Positions 12,427-23,529 of a stretch of DNA of 64,000 nt are shown here, one piece after another. Source of the DNA: Selaginella moellendorffii (Eukaryota > Plantae > Lycopodiophyta); NCBI RefSeq assembly GCF_000143415.4, contig NW_003314387.1, positions 62,001 to 126,000 on the forward strand, read 5' to 3'. Every line of letters starts with the position of its first letter. Positions within the stretch are counted from its first letter, which is position 1. Made by a program: the position numbers and the translations under genes. The notes under the pieces are model-generated. The model was not told the DNA's origin. It made no database searches and worked only from the letters and a program-made list of their open reading frames with translations.

Positions 12427-13515
12427 TTAGGGAACGATCTTTTCCGCCTTGAGCACCTGAATCCAGTGCCGCACAGACTTCTCGCTGTTCCGAAATCCCA
12501 GAAACCCGAGCTCCTTGCTCTTGTTCATGTTGCTCAAGTTCTCTACTGGAGCCCCGAACATTGTATCCAGGAACCAAAACTGCCCAACATCGTGGAACTT
12601 TGTCGGCAGCAGCTTGTGCTCGCGCACAAGAGCATCCCAGCTCCCTTCCTTCCCCCTCATCAGATGCTCCAGGCTGACGCTCTCGCCGTCGAACGGGGCA
12701 GGATCCACCCCCATCTCGTCCGCGATCACAGCCCAAAGCTGCTTATATTTGAACACATCCCCGTTGGTGATATTGAACGCCTGGTTCTTGGCAGCCGGAT
12801 GCGTGGCAGCCCAGATCTCCTGCTCGGCAATCAGATCCGCATCGGATGCATCCGTCAGGCCCTCCCACGCTGCCCTGCTCCCGAAGAATCGGAATGGCAG
12901 CTTGTCGCGCTTGCAGATCGCGGCGTAGACGGCCATCGTCAGGATGCAGTTCATATAGTTCCTGGGCGCGAATCCGAAGATGGTGCTGGGGCGGTGGATC
13001 GAATACGTGAGATGCGGGTGCTGCTTCACCCTGTCGAACAGGAGATCTTCCTGGACGTAGTAGAAGATGGGGACCGGAAGCCTGGGATAGTCTTCGCGAA
13101 ACGGAACCTCCGCGCGCGAGAGATCTTTCCCGAACTGTTCGAACGGCCCTACGTAGTGCTTCCCCCCCGTGGTCAGGCAGACATGGCGGAGCGCTCCTGG
13201 AAGCAGAGCGTCGAGGGTGTTGCGGAAGATCGTCCCATTCGCATCGCAGTTCTCCTCCTCCGTTTTCATGGGGATCCAGGCCGCCCAGAAGAGAGTCGTG
13301 ATGCGGTTCTTGAGCGGCGACAGCTTGGTCTGCACATCCACCCCATCCAGCAGATCCAGCTGCACGTAGCTCACCTTGCTGGGCAGCCAGTCAGGGCGAT
13401 CGCGGCGCCCCGTGCCGTAGACTTGCCAGGATCCCTGCTCCAGGAGCTTGCGGCAGATGCTGTTTCCATTGATGCCGGTCACGCCGACCACAATCGCCAC
13501 ACGCTCTTCCGCCAT
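12427..13515 (-). CDS. VEP1: PRISE copy 2 (most divergent of the three)
   Basis: Same PRISE motifs with variants TGGKHYVGP, IFYYVQED and GDVFKYK. Confidence 0.92.
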   Translation of the reverse strand: MAEERVAIVVGVTGINGNSICRKLLEQGSWQVYGTGRRDRPDWLPSKVSYVQLDLLDGVDVQTKLSPLKNRITTLFWAAWIPMKTEEENCDANGTIFRNTLDALLPGALRHVCLTTGGKHYVGPFEQFGKDLSRAEVPFREDYPRLPVPIFYYVQEDLLFDRVKQHPHLTYSIHRPSTIFGFAPRNYMNCILTMAVYAAICKRDKLPFRFFGSRAAWEGLTDASDADLIAEQEIWAATHPAAKNQAFNITNGDVFKYKQLWAVIADEMGVDPAPFDGESVSLEHLMRGKEGSWDALVREHKLLPTKFHDVGQFWFLDTMFGAPVENLSNMNKSKELGFLGFRNSEKSVRHWIQVLKAEKIVP

Positions 13516-14309
13516 AGCCACGCACAAACACTGTGCCAAGTGGAGTTAAATACTGGTTTGGGGATCGAATCCCGCCGCATGCATTGGTGGTGCCGTGGGG
13601 AGATTTTTCTGGGCTCTGGAAGAATCATCTACTTGTATACATAGTCTGGTGCATTGCATCTGATCAGTTTTTTTAATCATTTTATAAAATAACTGACAAT
13701 TGCTTTCTAATTGAAGTTTAACAGACAACTTGCAACCCGTTATTCTTCAACAGATAATACGTACCATTTTTGGTTCGAGTGTCATGAACGAACCTCAGCA
13801 ACGGGTGCTTCTGAGAACAATTCCTCTCCCAGGCCATCTAGCGAGCACCAGGTTCTTCTTTGAGAACAAAGGCGCCTAAGAAATCATTTTTTCACTATGA
13901 CTTCCTCTCCTAGCTCTTTAGAAAGCAGGTTTCGCTGTGGAGGCGCTCGAGGTCGCTTCCAAGGTTGAGAAACGATCCTTCGGAAAATGAAACGCGTCTT
14001 TCTGAATCTTTCCTGCATATCAAGAAGGATATTAGTGTCTCTCAACCCAAACAAGATCTGGCCGCTACCTCGGACACTTTTGAAAGCATAAACACCTGCA
14101 AAAGAAATAACGAAGACTCAATACTTCATTATTTCCTTATTGCCCAAAAACTTTACCAGCATTGATTGTCGGTAGCCTAAGAACAAAAAGAGAAATAAAA
14201 AGATCATGCATCTGGAATCAAAGGGTTTAGGGTTCCTGAGAGAAACACCACGTAGATGGTCTTTCACAAAGTTATATGGGGACAGAACGCAACTCCTGCG
14301 ACCACAGAA

Positions 14310-15404
14310 CTAAGGCACGATCTTTTCCGCCTTGAGCACCTGGATCCAGTGCCGCACAGACTTCTCGCTGTTTCGAAATCCCAGAAACCCGAGCTCCTTG
14401 CTCTTGTTCATGTTGCTCAAGTTCTCCACTGCACGCTCGAACATTGTATCCAGGAACCAAAACTGCCCAACATCTTGAAACTTTGTGGGCAGCAGCTTAT
14501 GCTCGCGCACAAGCGCATCCCAGGCCCCATCTCTCCCCTTCATCAGACTCTCCAGGTTGAAGCTCTCGCCGTCGAACGGGACAGGATCCACCCCCATCTC
14601 GTCCGCGATCACAGCCCAGACGTGCTTCCATTTGAACACATCCCCGTTGGTGATATTGAGCGCCTGGTTCTTGGCAGCCGGATGCGTGGCAGCCCAGATC
14701 TCCTGCTCGGCAATCAGATCCGCATCGGATGCACACGTCAGGCCCTCCCATGTCGCCCTGCTCCCGAAGAATCGGAATGGCAGCTTGTCGCGCTTGCAGA
14801 TCGCGGCGTAAACGACCAGCGCCAGGATGCAATTCATATAGCTCCTGGGCGCGAATCCGAAGATGGCGCTGGGCCGGTGGATCGAATATGTGAGATGCGG
14901 GTGCTGCTTCACCCTGTCGAACAGGAGATCCTCCTGGACGTAGTAGAAGTTGGGGACCGGAAGCCTGGGATAGTCTTCCCGGAACGGAGCCTCCGCGGGC
15001 ATCACATCCCTCCACCGATCGAATGGCCCCAGGTAGTGCTTCGCCCCCGTGGTCAGGCAGATATGGCGGAGCACGCCTGGAAGCAGAGCGTCGAGGGTGT
15101 TGCGGAAGATCGTCCCATTCGCATCGCAGTTCTCCTCCTCCGTTTTCATGGGGATCCAGGCCGCCCAGAAGAGAGTCGTGATGCGGTTCTTGAGCGGTGA
15201 CAGCTTGGTCTGCACATCCACCTGATCCAGCAGATCCAGCTGCACGTAGCTCACTTCGGTCGGCAGCCAGTCGGGGCGATCGCGGCGCCCCGTGCCGTAG
15301 ACTTGCCAGGATCCCTGCTCCAGGAGCTTGCGGCAGATGCTGTTCCCATTGATGCCGGTCACGCCGATCACAATTGCCACACCCAGATGACGCTCTTCCG
15401 CCAT
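14310..15404 (-). CDS. VEP1: PRISE copy 3
   Basis: GVTGING, TGAKHYLGP, NFYYVQED and GDVFKWK. Confidence 0.92.
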   Translation of the reverse strand: MAEERHLGVAIVIGVTGINGNSICRKLLEQGSWQVYGTGRRDRPDWLPTEVSYVQLDLLDQVDVQTKLSPLKNRITTLFWAAWIPMKTEEENCDANGTIFRNTLDALLPGVLRHICLTTGAKHYLGPFDRWRDVMPAEAPFREDYPRLPVPNFYYVQEDLLFDRVKQHPHLTYSIHRPSAIFGFAPRSYMNCILALVVYAAICKRDKLPFRFFGSRATWEGLTCASDADLIAEQEIWAATHPAAKNQALNITNGDVFKWKHVWAVIADEMGVDPVPFDGESFNLESLMKGRDGAWDALVREHKLLPTKFQDVGQFWFLDTMFERAVENLSNMNKSKELGFLGFRNSEKSVRHWIQVLKAEKIVP

Positions 15405-15964
15405 ACCTGCGATGGTCCTGAGCGTGTCAAGATAATGATCTGTTGATCAAATCCCGTAGCGGTGGGGTCAGAGAAGCTTTTGGAGATTTTTTTCTAAAAT
15501 GACAAAGTAGCAAGTGCAGGTTGTGGCCTGTGACATTGAAAAAAGTACGTAGTTGGTGTGGGGTTGGTGCGTGCATTTAGAATTGTGATTGTACCCGATA
15601 TCAGTTATGTTTTCACGCGACTTTGCCATTGGTCCTGAAGGTATATACGCATAGGATTCGCATGAGCTAAGAATATTCAATCTAGTATATTCGTCTACGG
15701 ATTTCATACCTCCATTATTCACGAGAATGGGTGTTGATCTGTGTGAAAATCTGAAGCACAGGGAAAGAGCACCCTGGCTGCCAAATCGAGCTAATTGGAT
15801 TAAGGACAGCTTTGGAATGTTTGCTTGTAAGAAAATCCTTGGTTTCTCAGAAATAGAACTTGGAATTTTAGGCTTGTGATTAGTGCAATAACATTAGTGA
15901 AAAATTAAATTTCACAAAAAATGAAATTCAAATGAAACATTTATAAATTCTCAAAAACTCATAA

Positions 15965-16115
15965 TGTCCGTATATTAATATTAGCATAATGAAATTCTAA
16001 TAGCCGTTGGATTGGTTTCAAATTAGACCACTCACTCCTGTATATAAATTAGGGTTTTTGAGTTAATTGATATGCACATTTTCTATATTCCCTTTTTATA
16101 TTTCATGCACTCACA
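15965..16115 (+). mobile_element. Degenerate solo LTR of the short-LTR Ty3/gypsy family at 40564-44157
   Basis: tagccgttggattggtttcaaattagaccactcactcctgtatataaattagggttttt is the reverse complement of the LTR core. Confidence 0.7.
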
Positions 16116-16489
16116 ACAAAAGATTTAATTTTCATTTTAAATTTATAAGCATGTAAATCATGAACATAAAACTACAATGGTTTCATAATGTATAAATTTT
16201 CAAATTGATTTAATAAGTGATTCACAATCTGATTTCCACGTGATACCAAGATTGCCACATTAGATGCCACATAAGCAAAAATCTGGATCATTAATTGAAT
16301 TGATACCTAAATTGTCGCTCAATTACAATGCTGCTTGCAGCTAGAGCTCAATTAGCAATAGCTACGGCTGGAGTTGGATGCTCATAGCTGCACCACTGCT
16401 TTGCGAGATGGAGCTGGATCATCACTCGCTTGCCGCTTGTGCCACTTGCTGCTGCTGGCTTGCTGTTTTTGACTCCCTGCTGCTAGCAT

Positions 16490-17092
16490 GAAGAGGCCTC
16501 CGAGGGCAATTCCCTAGACATACAAAGAATGTCATCTGCACAAAATATCCATTGAGTTTCTCACAAACCAGATTAGAGATGTGTATGTTGTAAGCCTTGG
16601 AGATTGACTTGGAGATGTCTGAAACAAGGGGATAGTGCAAATTGCCTAAGCCACCCAACTTTCTCTCAGTTTGAACCCAAGCCAGATGGGAAAACTGCAA
16701 AAACATCCTTTTGTTAGTGAGAGAGCAAAAAAGAAAATCCATGTACCACACTGTCAACAGAGACTTTGAGCACTTCCGTGTTGATCTTCTCAAATTCTGA
16801 GTAACGATCACAGAAAAAGGCAATTTCTAGTAGGAGGAAAAGAAAAGTTTGAAGAAATCTTTAAACCAACGCAATTGTCATCAACCAACCTATCGGGCAA
16901 ATGATCATGAAGTCCAAAGGATAGAAGAACAACATGACATAGAAGTAGTCTGAAAGCTTCACCTGCAAAGACATAGGAGAAATAAGAACACAGCAAAGAG
17001 GAACTTTTCATTTTCCTGATGAATACCTTGAAGAATTCCTGATTGAAGACTGACTCAGCCTCGAAATCCAGACCCTTCTTTCCCACCAATGG
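16490..17092 (-). pseudogene. 2-Cys peroxiredoxin (BAS1-like) pseudogene, intron-containing, truncated
   Basis: Exon pieces VGKKGLDFEAESVFNQEFFK, FYPLDFMIICP (canonical FYPLDFTFVCP), [35 protein letters not shown] and GIALGGL. Contains deletions and lacks the C-terminal part. Confidence 0.8.
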
Positions 17093-19299
17093 AACATCTA
17101 AGCTCTAGAAAAGAAGAAAATCCACAATGGTGTCAAAATTTCCATGGAAAAGTGGATGAAGAATGCCAGAAAGCATCTGTAAGAAAAAAACTCAATCATA
17201 TATTTAAAGCCATGTTAGAATACCTCCATTGTACTACTATGATCCATGAACAAGTGAGTGCCATTGGCATCCATTAGATTCTCCTAGCATAGTAGCAATC
17301 AATAAAAAAACAGGGACAACCCCAAGATATTTGGACACAGTCAGGACAGTGCCATAGCCAGAACAGTGGATCTCTGGCATTTTGATCGGGGCTCCAATAC
17401 CTAGCGAGCATGCAGCGGTAGCTAAAGACTTGGAATCGGCCATACAAATGGATCTGTGTTGCAACAGTGCCATGGCTAGGCATAGGATTGGATTGGATGG
17501 AAGCTATTGGATTCCAATACTTGGATGCTGTCTCACTCCTAATGCCTTGCTTCCAGCACGTAGGAATGTCTAATTCGAGCATTGTGGCCAGAAACCCTAG
17601 CCAAAATCCCTAAAGAACATGTATGTATGAGAAAGTTTAATTAATATTTCACAATGAATGAACTCCAAGATTTCTCTAGTGTGAGAAAGGAAAGATCTGG
17701 CTCCTCTAACCCATGGCACCCATCTCCTCTCTTGAGATTTCAAAATTGCCTACCCTAAAAAGAAGACCACAACCGCTGCTCTCACACTTTCAAGCTTTGG
17801 CCTTGTTTATGCTCTTGGGATAGTGTATGGAAATCCAATTTTGTTGTAATATAGTTTTGTTACTGAAGTGATTAAAAAATGAACAGGTGCCATGTGCATT
17901 CAATTGCATAGGTGTATAGTCCACATGTCATACTCTAATTGGACAACCATTTTATGGCTATTATATGTACATGGTTCCATTCATCTAAAAGGAAGAAAGG
18001 GAGATCAATTTTTTTAAAACAACATTTTTAAACATTAATATCAATTATAATTATTTGCTGCATTGCTTGGATTTCTTTAATTTTCTATTTCTTTTTATGT
18101 AAATGAATACATTTATACTAGAAAGTACCTAAAAAGAGTAAATGAGTTTTGATTTAAGGAGCTAGTTTTTGTTGAGATGAAGACTCTCTCTATATTAAAC
18201 ACAAAGATTAGCATTCACTAGGCAATCTTCTAGGATGGATCTTTTACATTCTAAGATAATAGGGTGAAGTTGAATCCATTCTTGGTTTACTTCTCTAAAA
18301 GTTACCACTTTCTTAATGAATTTTTATAGTAAGTTCTAGATTCAACACTAAGCTACTCAAGAGTAATAATAAGATTCCCTAGAAAAGAATTGAGTATTAT
18401 AACCTAAGTTTTCCATTAACAAACTTAAGTAAAATAGTTTAGTGCTTCATTACTATCCATCCTACAATTCACCACTTGCAAATTGTTATAATCAACATGC
18501 ATCAAAGTAAGGATTCTTGATTGCATGATGTAATCACAAACAATGAAATCACACTTCATTGTAAATCATCTTTCAAAAAAGAAAAAATAATTTATATATT
18601 TAATCCTTCATCTCTGATGATTCTCTTTCTGAATAGTAGGTGGTTTCAAGTCTTGTGGAGTACCTGGGAAGCAAATGGCCCAAGAGCAGCACTAAGTGTT
18701 CATACTTGTAATTTTGCTAATTTCTATTTATGAGAGTATGCTCTTGATGTTGTTTTAGTCCATATACAACATTATGGAATGTATATATATGTTTCATTAA
18801 ATCTTATCTTATGATCATGTATGATACACATATTATGACTATTTTAAATGTTAAGAACTTTAGCATTTAAAAGTAAAAGACACATGTAAAAACACTCCTT
18901 TGACATTAATACCATATCTTGCTTTTTGTATTCTATATATACAATTCTGATATATTTTTATCTTTGTAAATTCATCCCTTTTATTTAGTTTCAACCACTC
19001 AGCTAATTTTGTAACTCGTCCTCTTTTCACAACAATTTTCTCTTCACCCTTGTTCAAGTAAATACTTTCTAAATTTAGTAAATGAACATCTAGCCTTTCA
19101 AATATATGGGAATGTATATCATAACCAAATATCCTTTATATTCCCTCTATTGCAAATAAATAAAATCAATTTCTTAATTTCATCTCAATCAAATCTTCCT
19201 TTAGTTTTACTATTTCAATCCCCACTTCCAAGTTGTATCTTAGGACAATCATGTGTATATATATATGTGTGTGTATGTGTGTATGAGGTCCATATATGG

Positions 19300-20272
19300 T
19301 TATGATGCTATATAGCTTTTTCAATTTCTTCTTTTTTTCTTTTACTTTTTTGTTCATTTTCATAACAGAGTAGCAATAAGCTCCTCCTCCTTTGACTCTA
19401 GAGTAGTAATTGGTGCAATTGTTCGATGTTATGCGGTTGTAGTTGAACAATCTAATTTAATTCATGGTAGCATTCACAACGTATGGTACAACTCTTCCTG
19501 TTCTTGTTGCCAATCCTTATGTTTGGCCAAAGTTTTTCCATAAGAATTTTAGGGATAATGTGTATTATTGGTTCAATCACTTAACGGTGATTGCCATATA
19601 TCATTCTTGAGATGATGCTTGGCATTTGTGTGAGTTTCCTATGTGTTTAAAAGGGATGACATTATAATGATACAATGGTTTGTGCGCAACCATTCGTGCA
19701 AATTGGAGCATTCTCCCAGACATTTTCAAATGCACATTTGAATATACCAACAATTGTGATAATACTTTTTAACAATTGCATTGTCTTTATTAAGGGCTAT
19801 TTGAATCAGTGATGTAATTTGCCAGTTTTTTCTAAAGCCTTTTGCTTCGTGTAGAACCAAATATATTGGAACAAATCAAGTTGGGCATATTATGGCTAGC
19901 ACTTTGTTAAGATTTTGTAGGATTTGTACATGCACTTACTCCAACCACCTTTAAAGATACTTTTCATTTGGCACAATATTTTGAGACATCATCTCTTCCA
20001 CTTTTCATTATACATTTTTCAACTCCACTTCTTATAGGTGATAGTTCTATTCCAATTGAGGTTGATATTGTTGTTGCCCTAGTTCAAAGACAAGGGCAAA
20101 AATATGGTCATAGTCATGATATTTATAGTTGAGTATGTGATAAAGTTAGTTACACTTATCAGCATTGTTAACATTTTCCAAATTTCATTTCTTGAGTGGA
20201 GACCTTAACAATGTCCTGTTAGTGCTATTGCAGTGGAAAGTTTAGACACTGAGATGCTTCTGGAAAATGGTG
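19300..20272 (+). mobile_element. Decayed Ty3/gypsy gag region (5' part of the element interrupted by the DNA transposon)
   Basis: Colinear with the reverse complement of 42830-43750, with many C>T/G>A changes and stops. Confidence 0.8.
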
Positions 20273-20718
20273 AATCAAGCTCTATTTCGTTAAAGTGGGA
20301 ATTGTCATTATCCCACTTGTAAAATAAGGTTTCCAAACCTTTATATAGTATATAAATATAACAAAATTCAACTGCATTGAGGCACATGCCATTTTATTTT
20401 AAACAAGGAAATGTTTACTCAATCACTTCTCCTCCCCCTGCCACTGCTTCACCTCTCTCTTCTCCTTGTCATCATCGTCCAATTTCTTTCCATCCTTTTA
20501 GTATTGGCTCAGTTGCTCTGAGTCTAGGTGGAGCCCAAGTCCCCATTCAATCTTTACTTTCCCCTTATTAATAAAACAACTTCGTAGACTTCCAATAACA
20601 TGCTGTAACACTTCTAGTATAATGCAAATCCTCTCAAAGAATTGTCTTTTAATATTAATACAATGGCATGGAACCCCATGCCATAATAAGTTACATTTTT
20701 AAATAAATACATGCCATC

Positions 20719-21603
20719 TCAGACTGTTATTTTTTGCCTCCAACGCCTATACAATAATCTTGGAATTTCATCACTCTCCACACTATCAGGATTTAAACCC
20801 AATAGTAATGCCATCTCTTCTCTAATACGTCCACGCTCATGTTCAGTGGTCGAAGAACCCATCCGGTTGAGCAGATTATGGAGATGCGGATAGTGCTTGG
20901 CTAGACAATATACATGCCATAAATGATGACTGGTGTCTGTCCGATCAAATGGCTTCTGATATACCGTTCCATCTGCCATTTGGTTGATTTCTGTAGCCAC
21001 CTCCTGGACTGGCCGGTTCTCTATCACCATCGCTCCAAGCCGTTTTGCAAGGTCCCCCAGAACATACGGTTTCTTCTTCCTAGTTTCCATATTGCAAGAG
21101 ATGGGGTGCACTGCATATGTGTGCGCGTTCGCTGCAGTTTTAATCGGCGAGTCATCGATGATGAGGATTTCACTTGAGCTAGTAGTCCGGTTCATCACTA
21201 CAGCCTCTGGCTTGACGAAGATGGGCTTGCTACCCCTCACATGGACCATAGTCAAGCAATCCTCCTGCATTAGGAAAAAGTCAAATGGTAATATTACTCG
21301 CGTCTGATCGTGCATCATCTGTAGCAACGTTAATGCATTGTGGCGCATCATGGATGTCCAAACTCCCAATTGCAAATTGAACCCGGCCCTCTGTTTTAAG
21401 TGTCGCATGGTCATTATTAGATCCCGCAGTTTCTCCCGTGTGATTAATGTGAATCTGTCTCTTTTGACCAACTTGCGACCGCAGGCTTTGGAGGGTGCAA
21501 TGACATTCGAGGACGAGCCACGCTCATGGGAGAAAAGGACACCGTTCAGATCAAAAATGACACAGTACCTTCGCCGTGACTCTGAAATGAAATGCGTCAG
21601 CAT
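20719..21603 (-). CDS. FCP1/NIF-like HAD-superfamily phosphatase domain; probably the terminal exon of the cargo gene
   Basis: YCVIFDLNGVL (motif I), LGVWTSMMRHNA (motif II), IFVKPE and ILIIDDSPIKTAAN..AVHP (motif IV). Splice acceptor tttcatttcag at ~21581. Confidence 0.75.
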   Translation of the reverse strand: MLTHFISESRRRYCVIFDLNGVLFSHERGSSSNVIAPSKACGRKLVKRDRFTLITREKLRDLIMTMRHLKQRAGFNLQLGVWTSMMRHNALTLLQMMHDQTRVILPFDFFLMQEDCLTMVHVRGSKPIFVKPEAVVMNRTTSSSEILIIDDSPIKTAANAHTYAVHPISCNMETRKKKPYVLGDLAKRLGAMVIENRPVQEVATEINQMADGTVYQKPFDRTDTSHHLWHVYCLAKHYPHLHNLLNRMGSSTTEHERGRIREEMALLLGLNPDSVESDEIPRLLYRRWRQKITV

Positions 21604-23500
21604 AAAAAATGGTACAAGTCAATTTTACCATCTACAATATTAGCGAATGGTGCTCCCGATGGTCGTTGAGAGGGTTTTGGTCGAGGAAACGTGAAGGGCG
21701 GAAATACTCTCCTCTGCAATGTGGGGCCAATCGCATCCGATGGCATGTGGGCACATGCCATTTCAGCTGTAGACTCTGGTACAACTGGCTCAACAGTGGC
21801 ATGGGGTGGTTCCGATGGCGTGTGATCACACGCCATTTCAGCTGGTGCCTCCGTTGGCAAAGTGGACATGACCGAACAGGCAGCAGGGGCGGTGTAGGGA
21901 GGTTCCAACGGCGCGTAGTCAGACGATTGGGCACACGTTAAGTCCGTTGGAAATGAGGATACGACCGGCTCGGCAGCTGGGGCGGCTTCATGCGGGTCCA
22001 ATGGCGCCTGGTCACCGTCAGTTGGATACGTGGACAAGATTGACTCAGTGGTATGGGCAGCATCAAGTGGAGCGTGGTCAGCTTGCTTGGCGTTGATATG
22101 GATAGTAGCCTCCACCAGCTCTGATGACTCTTGCAGGCAAGTAGAGTCCACTGGCGGATCCATATGCATGTCCAAATATCTCCCTTCGATTGAGATGGTA
22201 TCCTCCCGTGCTACTAAAAACAAACTCATTAGCACATTGAATCGACTATACTGTATTTACCATCAACTGCTATTGAGGAACTAGGACCGATATCACTTGG
22301 GCGCACTGCTGATTCTGAAGGATTGGACATACGTTTCGACCCTTGCTTGGCACTATCCTTCCTCGACACTAAAGGCTAGAGTTTGTATCTTAATTCAACT
22401 GAATAATCTCTACTTACCATTTGCTCTACGACCTACATGGACAATGTTAGAAATGGTAAAAGGTTAGGAATGGATGTACTATTATTTACCTGATGGTTTG
22501 TCTTGTATGACCTTCCTCCGCTGCTCTTTGGCCACCTCAGGCTAGCCATCGTCGTAATCATCGTCGTCGTCGTTATTTTGATCGTCACCATTGTGAGGAC
22601 CATCCAAGTCCTCTTCGTCCTCCTCTTCTTCGTCCTCCTCTTCTTTGTCCTCCTCTTTGTCCTTTTGCTCTTCCTGCTCATTATCTTTCTCTGGCTCCTC
22701 ATCCCCCTCCTGCATTTCTTCCATAGGCTGCTCAAGCTAGATGGCTTGTTCTTCCAGGACCATCTTGGGAAAATCATCTGGCCGAGTCTCCATCTCAAAA
22801 TACAAGACATCCATAGCCTGTTTTAGTGCATGACCTAGGACCGTATCCTCACCCGACTGTCTTAACATGGTTTCTGCACGTTCTTGCACCCTTCGAAGAC
22901 GACGAGATGAGAAAAACGTGGCCCTGACTTGAAAAGCATCCCTCATCCATTGTACCTCTCCATTGAGATTGGGGAAGGGGAGTCCGCCATAGGAATCTGA
23001 GTTAGGAGGTGGTGACTACCTGCTTTCACTCAGCCCTTGATCTGCAATGAATGGCATGAGCACACACGCCATAACCGCGAGGCATTACCTATCATCTTTT
23101 CGTTGCCCTTCTTCCTTTTCGAATCAAACGCCTCTGATCCCGACGACTGTCCAACGTGCTTTCGCTTTTTATGACCACTGTCAGTTTGAGCTTGGCTGGT
23201 GCTTGCCTATTTTGCCTTTGAAGAAGTGTCTCCTGCAAGGAATGGCATGACACCACATGCCATTGCAAATATAATTTGTACCTCCTTTTTTCCTATTGCT
23301 TGTCTGTTTGTCCTTCTTCGACGCGCCACCAGTGCGCTTTTCAGTCCTCGTGTCTGAATATTCACAACGATCTATAATCAAAATGGCGTGAGGCCTCACG
23401 TGACCTTACCTTGTGCAGGTTGTGAGCTTGGCCCAACATGGGTATCTTCAACAGTAGCTGTTAACGCCGTTTCAGCATCTGGGGGTGGCCACGCTCCTGC
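21597..23500 (-). CDS. Low-complexity linker exons of the cargo gene (basic, acidic E/D-rich and P/A-rich); exon structure uncertain
   Basis: EEQKDKEEDKEEEDEEEEDEED tract and a P/A-rich ORF at 21597-22235. GT-AG introns at 23042-23088 and 23233-23281. Confidence 0.5.
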
Positions 23501-23529
23501 ATACAGAGCTTGTGAGATAACATTTAAAC

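Noticed and set aside
7101-15200. Long antisense ORFs over the PRISE genes (and 4872-5786 over the PPR gene)
   Set aside because: Expected shadows of GC-rich coding sequence; no recognisable motifs.
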